Source: Candidatus Dojkabacteria bacterium
GTDB lineage: Bacteria; Patescibacteriota; Dojkabacteria; SC72; JAFGCJ01
Direction: 5' to 3'
DNA: 64,000 nt
Assembly: GCA_016932785.1 (NCBI GenBank)
Contig: JAFGCJ010000004.1
Location: 5,447 to 69,446, forward strand
Part shown: piece after piece, positions 54,617 through 63,991 of the stretch
How the letters are laid out: the number at the start of each line of letters is the position of its first letter
How positions within the stretch are numbered: position 1 is the stretch's first letter
Position numbers and translations under genes: made by a program
Notes under the pieces: model-generated
What the model was told of the DNA's origin: nothing
Database searches by the model: none
The model's input: only the letters and a program-made list of their open reading frames with translations

Positions 54617-55600
54617 GTGGCAGAGACAATAATTTCAGTTCAGAGTCTTTCAAAATTCTTCAAACAATACAAGAAACAGCCGGGGTTGCTTGGCTCGATT
54701 AAATCGCTTTTCAAAAGAGAGTACTTCACGATCAAGGCAGTTGATAACATTTCTTTCGAGGTAGAAGAGGGTGAATTTGTTGGATTTATTGGTCCTAATG
54801 GAGCAGGGAAGACTACGACACTGAAATGTCTTTCGGGTTTGCTGTTTCCTACGGCAGGTAAGGTCAGCGTAATGGGATATACACCGTTTGATCGCAAGAA
54901 GGAGTTTTTGAAGCAGATATCTTTAGTTATGGGACAGAAAAATCAGCTTTGGTGGGATCTTCCTGCTATGGACAGTTTTCTGTTGAATAAGGAGATTTAT
55001 GAGGTTTCCAAGGAGCAGTTTGACAAGGTAATTGATGAGCTAGTGGAGATGCTTGATCTAAAGGATGTTCTTAACGTTCAGGTCCGTAAATTGTCGCTTG
55101 GGCAGAGAATGAAGTGTGAGCTTGTTGCGGCATTGCTGCATTCACCGAGAGTTCTGTTCCTTGATGAACCGACAATTGGTCTTGATGTAACAATGCAGAA
55201 GCGTCTGAGAGATTTCTTCAAGGAGTTTAATGGCAAGTTCAAGACGACGGTAATTCTGACCAGTCATTATATGGACGACGTTCGTGAGCTTTGTAAGCGT
55301 GTAATAATTATTGATAAGGGTAAGATTATTTACGATGGGGAACTGGATTCGATTGTAAAACAGTATGTCAAGGATAAATATATTACCATGAGATTTCTGA
55401 AAGAGATTGATAAGGTTGACGTCACCAAGTTTGGTAAACTAGTGAAATTTGAAGGTGATGTTGCTACAATTTCCGTTGCGAGGGAGGACGTTCCGAATGT
55501 TTCGGCGAAAATGCTTGAGGAATTGCCAGTAGATGATGTTGATATCAAAGAAATGGATTTGGATGATGTTGTAAGGGAGATATTTGAAAAGAACAGGTAA
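54617..55600 (+). CDS. ABC transporter ATP-binding protein (COG4586-like, the usual partner of the 9338-10949 permeases)
   Basis: GTG start. Walker A GPNGAGKTT, MGQKNQLWWDLPA, signature LSLGQRMK, Walker B LFLDEPT. Confidence 0.9.
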   Translation: MAETIISVQSLSKFFKQYKKQPGLLGSIKSLFKREYFTIKAVDNISFEVEEGEFVGFIGPNGAGKTTTLKCLSGLLFPTAGKVSVMGYTPFDRKKEFLKQISLVMGQKNQLWWDLPAMDSFLLNKEIYEVSKEQFDKVIDELVEMLDLKDVLNVQVRKLSLGQRMKCELVAALLHSPRVLFLDEPTIGLDVTMQKRLRDFFKEFNGKFKTTVILTSHYMDDVRELCKRVIIIDKGKIIYDGELDSIVKQYVKDKYITMRFLKEIDKVDVTKFGKLVKFEGDVATISVAREDVPNVSAKMLEELPVDDVDIKEMDLDDVVREIFEKNR

Positions 55601-55659
55601 ATCTCCTCTCTTTAGCTGGTAACATAATCCCTTTTTAACAGAAATTTCATCTTTCTCGG

Positions 55660-55689
55660 CTAGAATTGTAAACATATGTTTACTTCTAG
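55660..55689. promoter_or_regulatory. 30-nt near-perfect palindrome (operator-like)
   Basis: ctagaa-tt-gtaaaca-ta-tgtttac-ttctag. Confidence 0.4.
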
Positions 55690-55952
55690 AAGATATCGCA
55701 GTAGACGTTGGAGGTTGGTAGGGTGTATTTCGGCGAGGGAGAGATTGGGAAAGTATACTATTCACAAATACAGGACAGTGAATTCCTGCCGACGATGTCC
55801 GAATAGTAAACTCCAGGGTGGCGATTTACGGTAAAAATGCGCAATAGCGTGAAACACCTTCTAGGTAATAGCCTGGTCCGTGTTTCTCAAGAGAAATCAT
55901 CCTTGTTACGAATTCTACGGTGAGTGTAGCGTCGTCTTGGTCGAGGAAATGC

Positions 55953-56004
55953 GGTGTTCGATTTCCGGTAGTGTCCGAACGCCTTCAAATTTCTTTGAAT
56001 TTTA
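55953..56004 (+). terminator. terminator-like hairpin ending a possible plus-strand noncoding transcript
   Basis: ggtgttcg (55953-55960) pairs with cgaacgcc (55976-55983), including one G-U pair, and is followed by ttcaaatttctttgaatttta. Confidence 0.3.
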
Positions 56005-56109
56005 CTTAAGTTCGCAATTTGTTTGTGGGAGATTTTGAGTTATAATGAAAAATCAGGAAATTTTAGGGTAAGGTTCTTTTTTTGTTGAACAAACCCAGCT
56101 TTTATTGAA

Positions 56110-57549
56110 ATGGAAGATAAATATTTTAAAGTTGAATTTGCAATACCTGAGTATGTCCAAACAGTAGCACGAATGCTTATCAAGGAGGGTTTTCAGTGCT
56201 ACCTTTGTGGGGGGGCATTACGTGACATTTGTATGGCCATTGAGCCTGAGGATTATGATCTTGCGACTAATGCTCTACCGGAACAGATGCTTCAGATTTT
56301 TCCTAAGGCGGTTTCTACGGGGATAAAGTTTGGAACAGTTGTTGTATTAATTAGAGAGAAAGATGGTTTTCCAACATACGAGGTCGAAGTAACAACTTTT
56401 AGGAGTGAGGAGAAGTATATTGGAGGTCGTTGGCCGACTGAGGTGGAATTTGTTTCGGACATAGACAAGGACTTAGAAAGGAGAGACTTCACTTGGAATG
56501 CTATGGCTTTTGATTTCTCTTCGGCGGAACTTGATGGTAGTCAAGAAATAAAAGAATGGACAGTATATGATCCTTTTGATGGTCGTGCCGATCTTAAGAA
56601 AAAACTTGTGAGGGCTGTCGGGGATCCGGTAGAAAGGTTTACTGAAGACGGTCTGAGAGCCTTTAAGGCTTGTAGAATGGCTGCACAGCTCGGTTTCGAA
56701 ATAGAGCAGAAGACACTTGATGCCATAACTAAAACTTTGAGTGTTGCGGCACAGGTTTCAATGGAAAGAATCCGCGATGAGTTTATGAAGATGCTGAAGA
56801 ATTCAGAGAAGCCTTCGATTGGAGTGGAGTATATGAGAAAGGCAGGTTTGCTTAAGCTATTTATGCCTGAACTTTTGGAAGGTGTTGGATTTGAGCAAAA
56901 AATCTTTCATAAGCATGATGTTTATAATCATTTGCTTCGGACTCTCGATTTATCACCTGTCGGGGTGAGATTAGCTGCTCTATTGCATGATATAGGGAAA
57001 CCCAGGAAAGCAATGCCTGATGGGCACTTTTATGGGCATGACCGTGAAGGGGAGGAAATGGCTATTAAGATAATGAAAAGGATGAGGTTCTCTCGTGCTG
57101 AAATAAAACGAGTGGCCAATCTTGTCCGAAATCATATGTTTTATTACCCAACAATTGAGGATGGAGCTACATCTCGGGAGCAGGAGCAATTTGAATCGAA
57201 GAAGTGGACGGATTCTGCCGTTAGGAGGTTTATCGCTAGGGTCGGTGAGGATGCCATTGATGATCTTTTTGCGCTTCGTATGGCGGATGCCTCTGCTAAT
57301 CCTGAGGGGATTTGGGATCCCGGGGAAATAGAGGAACTGCAAAAGCGAATTTCAGAAGTCAGAGAGAAAGACATGGCACTGAAGGTCACGGATCTTAAGA
57401 TAAGGGGCGATGACATCATCAAGCTTGGTGTTAAAAAAGGTCCCGAAGTTGGTGAAATTCTAAAAAAACTTCTGGATGAGGTTATTGAAGATCCTTCATT
57501 GAACACAAAAGAAAATTTGGAAAAAATCGTGAAGGATATGATAAAGTAG
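56110..57549 (+). CDS. cca: CCA-adding enzyme / tRNA nucleotidyltransferase with HD domain
   Basis: GGALRD...DYDLAT nucleotidyltransferase motif, RRDFTWNAMA, and an HD domain (LLHDIGKP). Confidence 0.9.
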   Translation: MEDKYFKVEFAIPEYVQTVARMLIKEGFQCYLCGGALRDICMAIEPEDYDLATNALPEQMLQIFPKAVSTGIKFGTVVVLIREKDGFPTYEVEVTTFRSEEKYIGGRWPTEVEFVSDIDKDLERRDFTWNAMAFDFSSAELDGSQEIKEWTVYDPFDGRADLKKKLVRAVGDPVERFTEDGLRAFKACRMAAQLGFEIEQKTLDAITKTLSVAAQVSMERIRDEFMKMLKNSEKPSIGVEYMRKAGLLKLFMPELLEGVGFEQKIFHKHDVYNHLLRTLDLSPVGVRLAALLHDIGKPRKAMPDGHFYGHDREGEEMAIKIMKRMRFSRAEIKRVANLVRNHMFYYPTIEDGATSREQEQFESKKWTDSAVRRFIARVGEDAIDDLFALRMADASANPEGIWDPGEIEELQKRISEVREKDMALKVTDLKIRGDDIIKLGVKKGPEVGEILKKLLDEVIEDPSLNTKENLEKIVKDMIK

Positions 57550-57586
57550 TATAAACAAGTTTTAATTATGAAGGTTACTGCCCGAA

Positions 57587-58969
57587 ATGGAACTACAATT
57601 TTGTGGAGCGGCGAAAACAGTAACGGGTTCTTGTCATTACCTTGATACCGATAAGCACAAGATTCTTATCGATTGTGGAATGTTTCAGGGACTAGATCGG
57701 AATAAAAACTTTGGCTCGTTTCCGTTTAATCCGACAGATATAGAATACGTTTTTCTAACTCATGCTCATATTGATCATTGCGGGAGACTTCCCGTTTTAA
57801 TAAAGAATGGTTTTCGTGGCAAGATAATATCGACCAGGGCAACAAGAGATCTTGTAAGGATATTGCTAAAGGACTCAGCAAAGATTCAAAAAGAGGATCT
57901 TAGGCGATGCCTAGGTCAGAAAAGGTCTAACTGTGAAAGGGAGGCTCTTTATACCGAGGAGGAAGTCGATGATACTATGCAATATTTTGTTACTTATCCC
58001 TATGGAGATAGTGTGAAACTGGAGGACGGTCTGGAGTTTCGTATGCGTGACGCGGGACACATTCTCGGATCAGCTATTTTTGAACTGTGGTTGGTAAATG
58101 GGAGTGATAGGCTTCGAAAAGTGGTTTTCTCTGGTGATCTTGGACAGCCAGGGCAGCGCATAATAAAGGATCCTGATATGATCCGTGAGGCAGACTATGT
58201 TGTTATTGAGTCGACATATGGGAATCGTCTGCACAAGAGCAAGGATGAAACAATGCTTGAGTTTATGACTGTTATAAAAAGAGCTCTTGAGGAAAATGGT
58301 AATGTTCTTATTCCGAGTTTTGCCGTGGAGAGGTCTCAGGAAATATTGTATGAGCTTAATCTTTTTGTTGAAAACAAACTAATCGAGGGCTTGAATGTTT
58401 ATTTTGATAGTCCGCTGGCCCAAAAGGCTACAGAAATTTTCACCCGCTATGCTGAGCTATATGATGAAGATGCCAGGAGACTTATTGAAACAGGTGATAA
58501 CATCTTTGAGTTTGAGGGACTGGAGTATGTAGCTGATTTTAGCGACTCAAGAAGACTTTCAGCTAGAAAAGGAATAATGATTATTGCAGGAAGTGGAATG
58601 TGTACTGGAGGGAGAATTGTTTATCATCTTCAGAACAATATTACTGATCCTAGGAATCATCTCGTTTTTGCTGGGTATCAGGTTCACGGGACTCTTGGAA
58701 GGAAAATTATCGATGGGGCAAAGAGTGTAAGAATCAGGGGGCAGGAGTATGATGTTGGAATTCAAACGCATACCCTTGGCGGTCTCTCTGCTCATAGTGA
58801 TAAGAACGACCTCGAATATTGGTTGAGAGGTTTTGGTCATTCTCCCAGAAAGGTTTTTGTTGTCCATGGCGATGAGGAAGTTATAGACTTCTTTTCTGAC
58901 CATATTGAGAGAAATCTGGAGATCGAGGCATATGCACCAGAACTAAATGAGATAGTTGAACTGGATTAG
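57587..58969 (+). CDS. MBL-fold beta-CASP RNA-processing nuclease
   Basis: THAHIDHCG metallo-beta-lactamase motif, and the beta-CASP plus RNA-specificity region (GGLSAHSD...VHGDEE). Confidence 0.85.
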   Translation: MELQFCGAAKTVTGSCHYLDTDKHKILIDCGMFQGLDRNKNFGSFPFNPTDIEYVFLTHAHIDHCGRLPVLIKNGFRGKIISTRATRDLVRILLKDSAKIQKEDLRRCLGQKRSNCEREALYTEEEVDDTMQYFVTYPYGDSVKLEDGLEFRMRDAGHILGSAIFELWLVNGSDRLRKVVFSGDLGQPGQRIIKDPDMIREADYVVIESTYGNRLHKSKDETMLEFMTVIKRALEENGNVLIPSFAVERSQEILYELNLFVENKLIEGLNVYFDSPLAQKATEIFTRYAELYDEDARRLIETGDNIFEFEGLEYVADFSDSRRLSARKGIMIIAGSGMCTGGRIVYHLQNNITDPRNHLVFAGYQVHGTLGRKIIDGAKSVRIRGQEYDVGIQTHTLGGLSAHSDKNDLEYWLRGFGHSPRKVFVVHGDEEVIDFFSDHIERNLEIEAYAPELNEIVELD

Positions 58970-59036
58970 GATTGTTTGCTGAGTTTTTTATCATGGGTTA
59001 TATTGTAATAGTGAGTTATAAATTAATATTTTGCAT

Positions 59037-60050
59037 ATGATGGCTGAAGATGAGATAAAGGTATCGCCTGAGATTTCACAAATAATAAAAGAAATTGAAG
59101 AATTGAAGATTCAGGGGGCGACAGCTGTTGCGGAGTCTTCTTTTGAGGGGATAAAACTGTATATCGAAGGATATGATAAGTCTGATGTTCATCGTGACGT
59201 TTTTCTTGCTGATGTTGAAAAGGTCGGATTGAAATTAGTGAAGGCTCGTCCAAATGAACCCTTGGCCAGGAACGGACTTAAGTATCTTCTGAACACATTC
59301 AAAATTCAGAATCCGGGCCTTAATGATATTGATGAAATGCAAGGCAAATTAACAGGTATTATGGACGGGTTTCTGGAGCTTCTTAAGAAAGCGAAATCCA
59401 AAATAGTAGACGTTGGAATTAAGGAGTTCTCTACACTTAATGGTGTTCTCACCCATTGTCACTCTTCGACCGTTGAGAATGTGCTAAAAGGAATTGTAGA
59501 AAAGAAAAGCAAGGGTGAGTGGTTCTCTATTCTCGCGACTGAGACACGTCCCAGATATCAAGGAAGGATTACCGCAAAGAATTTGACTGAAGCGGGGCTG
59601 GAGGTCCTCATGATTGTAGATAGCGCGGTAACATCTTTTCTCTCTGGAGACTGGAAGGCTAGCGACATCTCGGGGGATTGGGGTGACTGGGATATACCTG
59701 TTGATGGAGTATTCATAGGTTGTGACCAGATAAATTTCAATGGTGACACAATAAATAAGGTTGGAAGTTATGGGATTGCTCTATCGGCATATTACTCAAG
59801 TAAGCCCGTTTATGTTGTCGGGACAATTCTCAAGATGGATCCGAGTACAGTTTATGATCACCCAAAGATTGAGATGAGAGATCCTAAAGAGATCTGGGAA
59901 GATGCGCCTGATAAGCTAAAGCTTATTAATCCTGCGTTTGAGATAATTCCAAGAGAGTTTGTTACGGGGGGCTTTGTTACAGAATTTGGTGTTCTAAAGC
60001 CTGACGATCTTGAGAAAGCATTAAATGATAATTATGACTGGATGTGGTAG
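59037..60050 (+). CDS. ribose-1,5-bisphosphate isomerase (eIF-2B alpha/beta/delta-like, e2b2)
   Basis: VLTHCHSSTV (catalytic Cys region), ETRPRYQGR, IGCDQINFNGDTINKVGSY. Confidence 0.85.
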   Translation: MMAEDEIKVSPEISQIIKEIEELKIQGATAVAESSFEGIKLYIEGYDKSDVHRDVFLADVEKVGLKLVKARPNEPLARNGLKYLLNTFKIQNPGLNDIDEMQGKLTGIMDGFLELLKKAKSKIVDVGIKEFSTLNGVLTHCHSSTVENVLKGIVEKKSKGEWFSILATETRPRYQGRITAKNLTEAGLEVLMIVDSAVTSFLSGDWKASDISGDWGDWDIPVDGVFIGCDQINFNGDTINKVGSYGIALSAYYSSKPVYVVGTILKMDPSTVYDHPKIEMRDPKEIWEDAPDKLKLINPAFEIIPREFVTGGFVTEFGVLKPDDLEKALNDNYDWMW

Positions 60051-60101
60051 CTATGCTTTTGGTTGGTAGCTTTGCGAGGAAGAGATTATTTTAAATTATT
60101 A

Positions 60102-61412
60102 ATGAAATTGAAAATGACAAGACAGCGGTCATATCTTCATCTTGGAGAAAATATTGATGCCTCTAAATTCGTAATTGTGGACTTTTATGTTGAGTCTGAC
60201 AAAGATATTCTTGAAACTGCGGAGGCACTGGCGGCAGAGTCTTCAATAGGTACTTGGACTGATGTTCAAACAATGAACTCAGATGTATTTAGTACCTTGG
60301 CTGCAAGAATTTTCTATGCGAATGCTGATGAGAATATTGTAAAAATTGCTTACCCATTGGAATTGTTTGAAGGAGAAAATCTGGCCCAGTTGTTTTCAGA
60401 TGTTGCCGGAAATGTCTTTGGGATGAAGGAAATTAACAATCTTCGTGTTAGAGATATAAGATTTCCTGAGGCTTATGTGAGGATGTTTGAGGGGCCGGCA
60501 TTTGGGATTGAGGGCATAAGGTCTGTTCTTGAAGCCGGAGACCGTCCGCTGCTTGGCACAATAATCAAGCCTAAGGTGGGTCTGTCAGCAGATGAACATG
60601 CCAAGGTAGCATATGAGGCCTGGGTCGGGGGAGTGGATATAGTCAAGGATGATGAAAATCTTACAAACCAGAGCTTTAATCCATTTGAGGAACGAGTCGT
60701 AAAAACAATTATCGCGAGAAAAAAAGCTGAGGATGCTACCGGGAAGAGGAAAGTATATGCCCCCAATATAAGTGCTCCTGTATCAGAGATGATGGATAGG
60801 GCAGAGTTTGTAAAAGTTCAAGGGGGCAGAGTTCTAATGCTGGACATACTCACGGTAGGCTTTTCTGCTGTTCAACATATTCGTGCGCAGAATTTTGGAA
60901 TGATACTTCATGGTCATAGAGCAATGCATGGTGCCTTTACGAACAATACCAAACACGGGATTGCCATGCTTCCAATAGCCAAGATTGCCCGCCTGGCCGG
61001 GATTGATCAGCTTCATACGGGTACAGTGGTAGGAAAGATGGAGGGTGATGAGGAAACAGTGGATGAAATAAATGACGCTATGAGAAAGAAGTGGTTCGAT
61101 GTTAAAAGAACAATGCCTATTGCCTCTGGTGGAGTGCATCCTGGACTTATTCCTGAGGTTATCAAGAGAGTAGAGGGTGAGGTTATAATTAACCTGGGTG
61201 GCGGAATTCATGGTCACCCCGATGGAACTCAGAGTGGTGCTAAGGCTGCATTTCAAGCTCTTGAAGCAGCAATGGAGGATGTTCCGCTCCGTGAATATGC
61301 AAAGGACCATAAGGAACTAGCAAAGGCCATTGAGAAATGGGGAGTATATGGTGATTCAAGGGAAATGACGAAGGAATTGGTTACTTATAAGTATGGTTTA
61401 AAAGAAAAATAA
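60102..61412 (+). CDS. rbcL: RuBisCO large subunit, form III / II-III type
   Basis: GTIIKPKVGL, DIVKDDENL (carbamylated Lys), HGHRAMHG, GGGIHGHPDG. The start is ATG at 60102 or 60114. Confidence 0.9.
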   Translation: MKLKMTRQRSYLHLGENIDASKFVIVDFYVESDKDILETAEALAAESSIGTWTDVQTMNSDVFSTLAARIFYANADENIVKIAYPLELFEGENLAQLFSDVAGNVFGMKEINNLRVRDIRFPEAYVRMFEGPAFGIEGIRSVLEAGDRPLLGTIIKPKVGLSADEHAKVAYEAWVGGVDIVKDDENLTNQSFNPFEERVVKTIIARKKAEDATGKRKVYAPNISAPVSEMMDRAEFVKVQGGRVLMLDILTVGFSAVQHIRAQNFGMILHGHRAMHGAFTNNTKHGIAMLPIAKIARLAGIDQLHTGTVVGKMEGDEETVDEINDAMRKKWFDVKRTMPIASGGVHPGLIPEVIKRVEGEVIINLGGGIHGHPDGTQSGAKAAFQALEAAMEDVPLREYAKDHKELAKAIEKWGVYGDSREMTKELVTYKYGLKEK

Positions 61413-61430
61413 ATTATTAACTAAATATAT

Positions 61431-61850
61431 ATGGCTGCAGATGTAAAAGCTGGGCTCTCGGTTTCTGATACCTCTGGACTTAGCGTAGATAATATTCTGC
61501 TCGATAAGGGATTAAAGCCCGAGGAAAGGGCTGTAAAGGTTGTTGAGGCTCTTGAATTGAATGAAGAAGAGAGGGGTGCCAGACTATGTCGCTCTATTGT
61601 TAGGAGTTCAGTAGTTATACTGGATAGTATGTCGGATATTCTTGATGAGGAAAAAATGAAAGGTCTCGGCGAAGAATATGTTGCCAGTCTGTCATTTTTT
61701 TCTTCGTGTGGCGCGGTTGGTGGAGGTTGCAATCTTGGAGTTTCCTTTAGAGATCTCTATCGGTGGCAACAAGATGCCTCAGATACTTCATATCCAAGCT
61801 CTGGTAATATGAGGGCCGTATTTGAAGGAGGGCTTAGGGCGGGTCTTTGA
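61431..61850 (+). CDS. hypothetical protein (139 aa); upstream part of a frame interrupted by TGA at 61848-61850
   Basis: ORF only. There is no SD and no motif I recognise. Long antisense ORFs also occur here. Confidence 0.4.
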   Translation: MAADVKAGLSVSDTSGLSVDNILLDKGLKPEERAVKVVEALELNEEERGARLCRSIVRSSVVILDSMSDILDEEKMKGLGEEYVASLSFFSSCGAVGGGCNLGVSFRDLYRWQQDASDTSYPSSGNMRAVFEGGLRAGL

Positions 61851-61904
61851 GGTAAGATTTCGAGAGACCTTGTTGACAGTCTTCTTGAGGAATTTCCGCC
61901 TTCT

Positions 61905-62183
61905 GTGGATGAAGGTAAATTACGGGGTGTCGGGCGTTCATTACGGTTGGTCATGACTTTGTTTGAACAACGATCGAATCTAGGAAATTTAACTTTGGAT
62001 GTACTTGAGGTCATAAAAGAACGAGGAATTACAGCATGGGACCATCTGGTAATTGGGTTGCTGGTTGATTCTCCAGATTCAATAGTGACTCGTGCCTTAG
62101 CCGGTGGTCTTGTAGATGAGAGGGTTGCCGGTGATATATCACAAGAGATTTCGGCAAGGAAGAAAAGGGACGGGGGAGTATAA
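61905..62183 (+). CDS. hypothetical protein (92 aa from GTG); in the same frame as 61431-61850
   Basis: 61905 minus 61851 is 54 nt (18 sense codons), so the two ORFs form one 250-codon frame apart from a single TGA. Confidence 0.35.
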   Translation: MDEGKLRGVGRSLRLVMTLFEQRSNLGNLTLDVLEVIKERGITAWDHLVIGLLVDSPDSIVTRALAGGLVDERVAGDISQEISARKKRDGGV

Positions 62184-62201
62184 CTTATTAATATTTAATC
62201 T

Positions 62202-63710
62202 TTGGCCTACTACTTTAAAACTAAAAAACTTGATATTTCTGCGGGGAACCCGCTAATTGTTGTCATAAACTCAAAGGATGCCCATGAATTTGGAATCCAC
62301 AAGCAGGATAAGGCATATATGTGTTGGAACGATCTTTGCATGTTTGTTTCGGTGGACTACAGCGATTCAGTAGTGAGCACAGGTGAGCTTGGAATGTTCA
62401 GTGAAGTCTGGGACAAATACAATATCCCCGCTCGTGATATTGTTTCATTAACAATTCCGGAACCTGCTGAATCTCTTGATGCCATTCGCAAAAAGATCCG
62501 AGGTGGGAAGCTTACCTATGATGAGATTAAGAATGTTTTGGAAGATATAACTCAGCGTAGACTTAGCACTATTGAAATGACGTATTTTGCCGCGACTTCA
62601 TATAATCCTGGATTTGACGAAGACGAGGTCTACTTCTTGACTAAGGCTATGGCAGAGACCGGCGAAATAATGGATTTTTCCGGAGGAGACCCCACAAAAA
62701 AGATTGTCGATAAGCACTCCATTGGTGGGATTCCGGCTAAGGGTGTTACTCCGATTCTTGTACCTATTGTCTCATCATTTGGTCTTGTCGTTCCCAATAC
62801 GTCTTCCCGTGCTATAACGACTCCGTCTGGTACCTCGGACATGCTTGAGGTTGTTATGCCTGTTACTCTTCCGAAAGATAGAATACTCAAGGTCGTAGAA
62901 AAAGAGAATGCTTGTCTGGTCTGGGGAGGAGGCATGCATCTTGCTCCGGCAGATGACATTCTTATTAATATTGAGAGGCCTCTAAATATTGAGTCATATG
63001 ACAAGTTCTTGGTAAGTATAATTGCTAAGAAGGCGGCTATGAAGATTACTCATCTTTTGGTAGATATCCCTTATGGCGAAGGAACAAAAGTTCATAATAT
63101 CTCGGATGTAGAGGAAGTGGAACAGCAGTTTCAGGCTCTTAGTTCGAGATTCAATATAAAGGTGGATATTTATAAGCGTGAGTCTCTCTCTCCTGATGGA
63201 TATGGGATAGGTCCTTTGCTTGAGATTCGTGATGTTCTGAGGATTTTTGAGAGGCATCCGGAAAGACCTCAAGCTCTAGAGGATCTTGCAATTGATATGG
63301 CTGGGAGGTTGCTTGAATTAAGTGAGGTTGCTAAATCCGGGGAAGGAAGACAAATGGCTCGGGCAAAACTTGAGAGTGGGGAGGCACAGGAGAAATTCTG
63401 GAGTATTGCTTTTGCACAGGGGGCGACAAAGAGGGTTGACTCTGAGGAGCTTATTCTCGGAGAATTTGAAGAAGTCATAGAGGCTGATCATAGCGGTGTT
63501 ATTACTAGTATTGGCAATAGGGAGGTAGTTGAGATTGCCAGGGCGTTAGGTGCTCCGTTTATAAAGGAGGCCGGCATGTATTTTCATAAGAAAGTTGGTG
63601 ATAGTGTGAGTAAAGGTGATCCTCTTGTAACTCTTTATGCTACCTGTACGGACAGGTTGGAACTTGGACTTGAGGTTATGGATGACTGTGGTGAGTTTAT
63701 ACGTTACTAA
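62202..63710 (+). CDS. deoA: AMP phosphorylase (archaeal DeoA-type thymidine phosphorylase family)
   Basis: TTG start. The N-terminal AMPpase-specific domain (LDISAGNPLIVVINSKDA) is followed by KHSIGGIPAKGVT and TSSRAITTPSGTSDMLE. Confidence 0.9.
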   Translation: MAYYFKTKKLDISAGNPLIVVINSKDAHEFGIHKQDKAYMCWNDLCMFVSVDYSDSVVSTGELGMFSEVWDKYNIPARDIVSLTIPEPAESLDAIRKKIRGGKLTYDEIKNVLEDITQRRLSTIEMTYFAATSYNPGFDEDEVYFLTKAMAETGEIMDFSGGDPTKKIVDKHSIGGIPAKGVTPILVPIVSSFGLVVPNTSSRAITTPSGTSDMLEVVMPVTLPKDRILKVVEKENACLVWGGGMHLAPADDILINIERPLNIESYDKFLVSIIAKKAAMKITHLLVDIPYGEGTKVHNISDVEEVEQQFQALSSRFNIKVDIYKRESLSPDGYGIGPLLEIRDVLRIFERHPERPQALEDLAIDMAGRLLELSEVAKSGEGRQMARAKLESGEAQEKFWSIAFAQGATKRVDSEELILGEFEEVIEADHSGVITSIGNREVVEIARALGAPFIKEAGMYFHKKVGDSVSKGDPLVTLYATCTDRLELGLEVMDDCGEFIRY

Positions 63711-63991
63711 GATATCTGTGGGTCTCTGTTTGAGGTAGGACTTTCAGTTGGCCTTTGGGTCCGTGGTCTTCTGGCTATTCTGCTGAATACTCCAATGAGA
63801 AACATTATTATCAGAATGAGAGAGCATACCGGTGTGAGGATAATCAGTGCCTTTCCAATGGCTGTAGTCTGAATCAAGCGTGAAACTTTCTCGGTTGTTG
63901 ATGATGAGGAACCTATTTCGTCGATTAGCTCGTCAAGTGTCTGTAATCCGCCTTCGGTGGGGATTTCTTCTATCGCTGTTATTTCGATCAT
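63707..63991 (-). CDS. small hypothetical membrane protein (94 aa)
   Basis: Single TM (ALIILTPVCSLILIIMFLIGVF) followed by a basic, Pro-rich tail. Convergent with deoA, with a 4-nt overlap. Confidence 0.45.
   Translation of the reverse strand: MIEITAIEEIPTEGGLQTLDELIDEIGSSSSTTEKVSRLIQTTAIGKALIILTPVCSLILIIMFLIGVFSRIARRPRTQRPTESPTSNRDPQIS

Noticed and set aside
55690-55990. RNase P RNA or tmRNA
   Set aside because: Only a 10-nt match (GTAAACTCCA) to RNase P RNA is present. There is no GGAAAGTCC or ACAGAA..GGCTTA P4 sequence, no tRNA-like T-arm plus acceptor end, and no tag reading frame for tmRNA.
61848-61850. Genome-wide UGA reassignment (code 4 or 25) as the explanation for the in-frame TGA
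   Set aside because: TGA terminates several well-conserved genes at their expected C-termini: radC (22286-22288), pth (34526-34528), the GT2 gene (12943-12945) and the permease (10947-10949).
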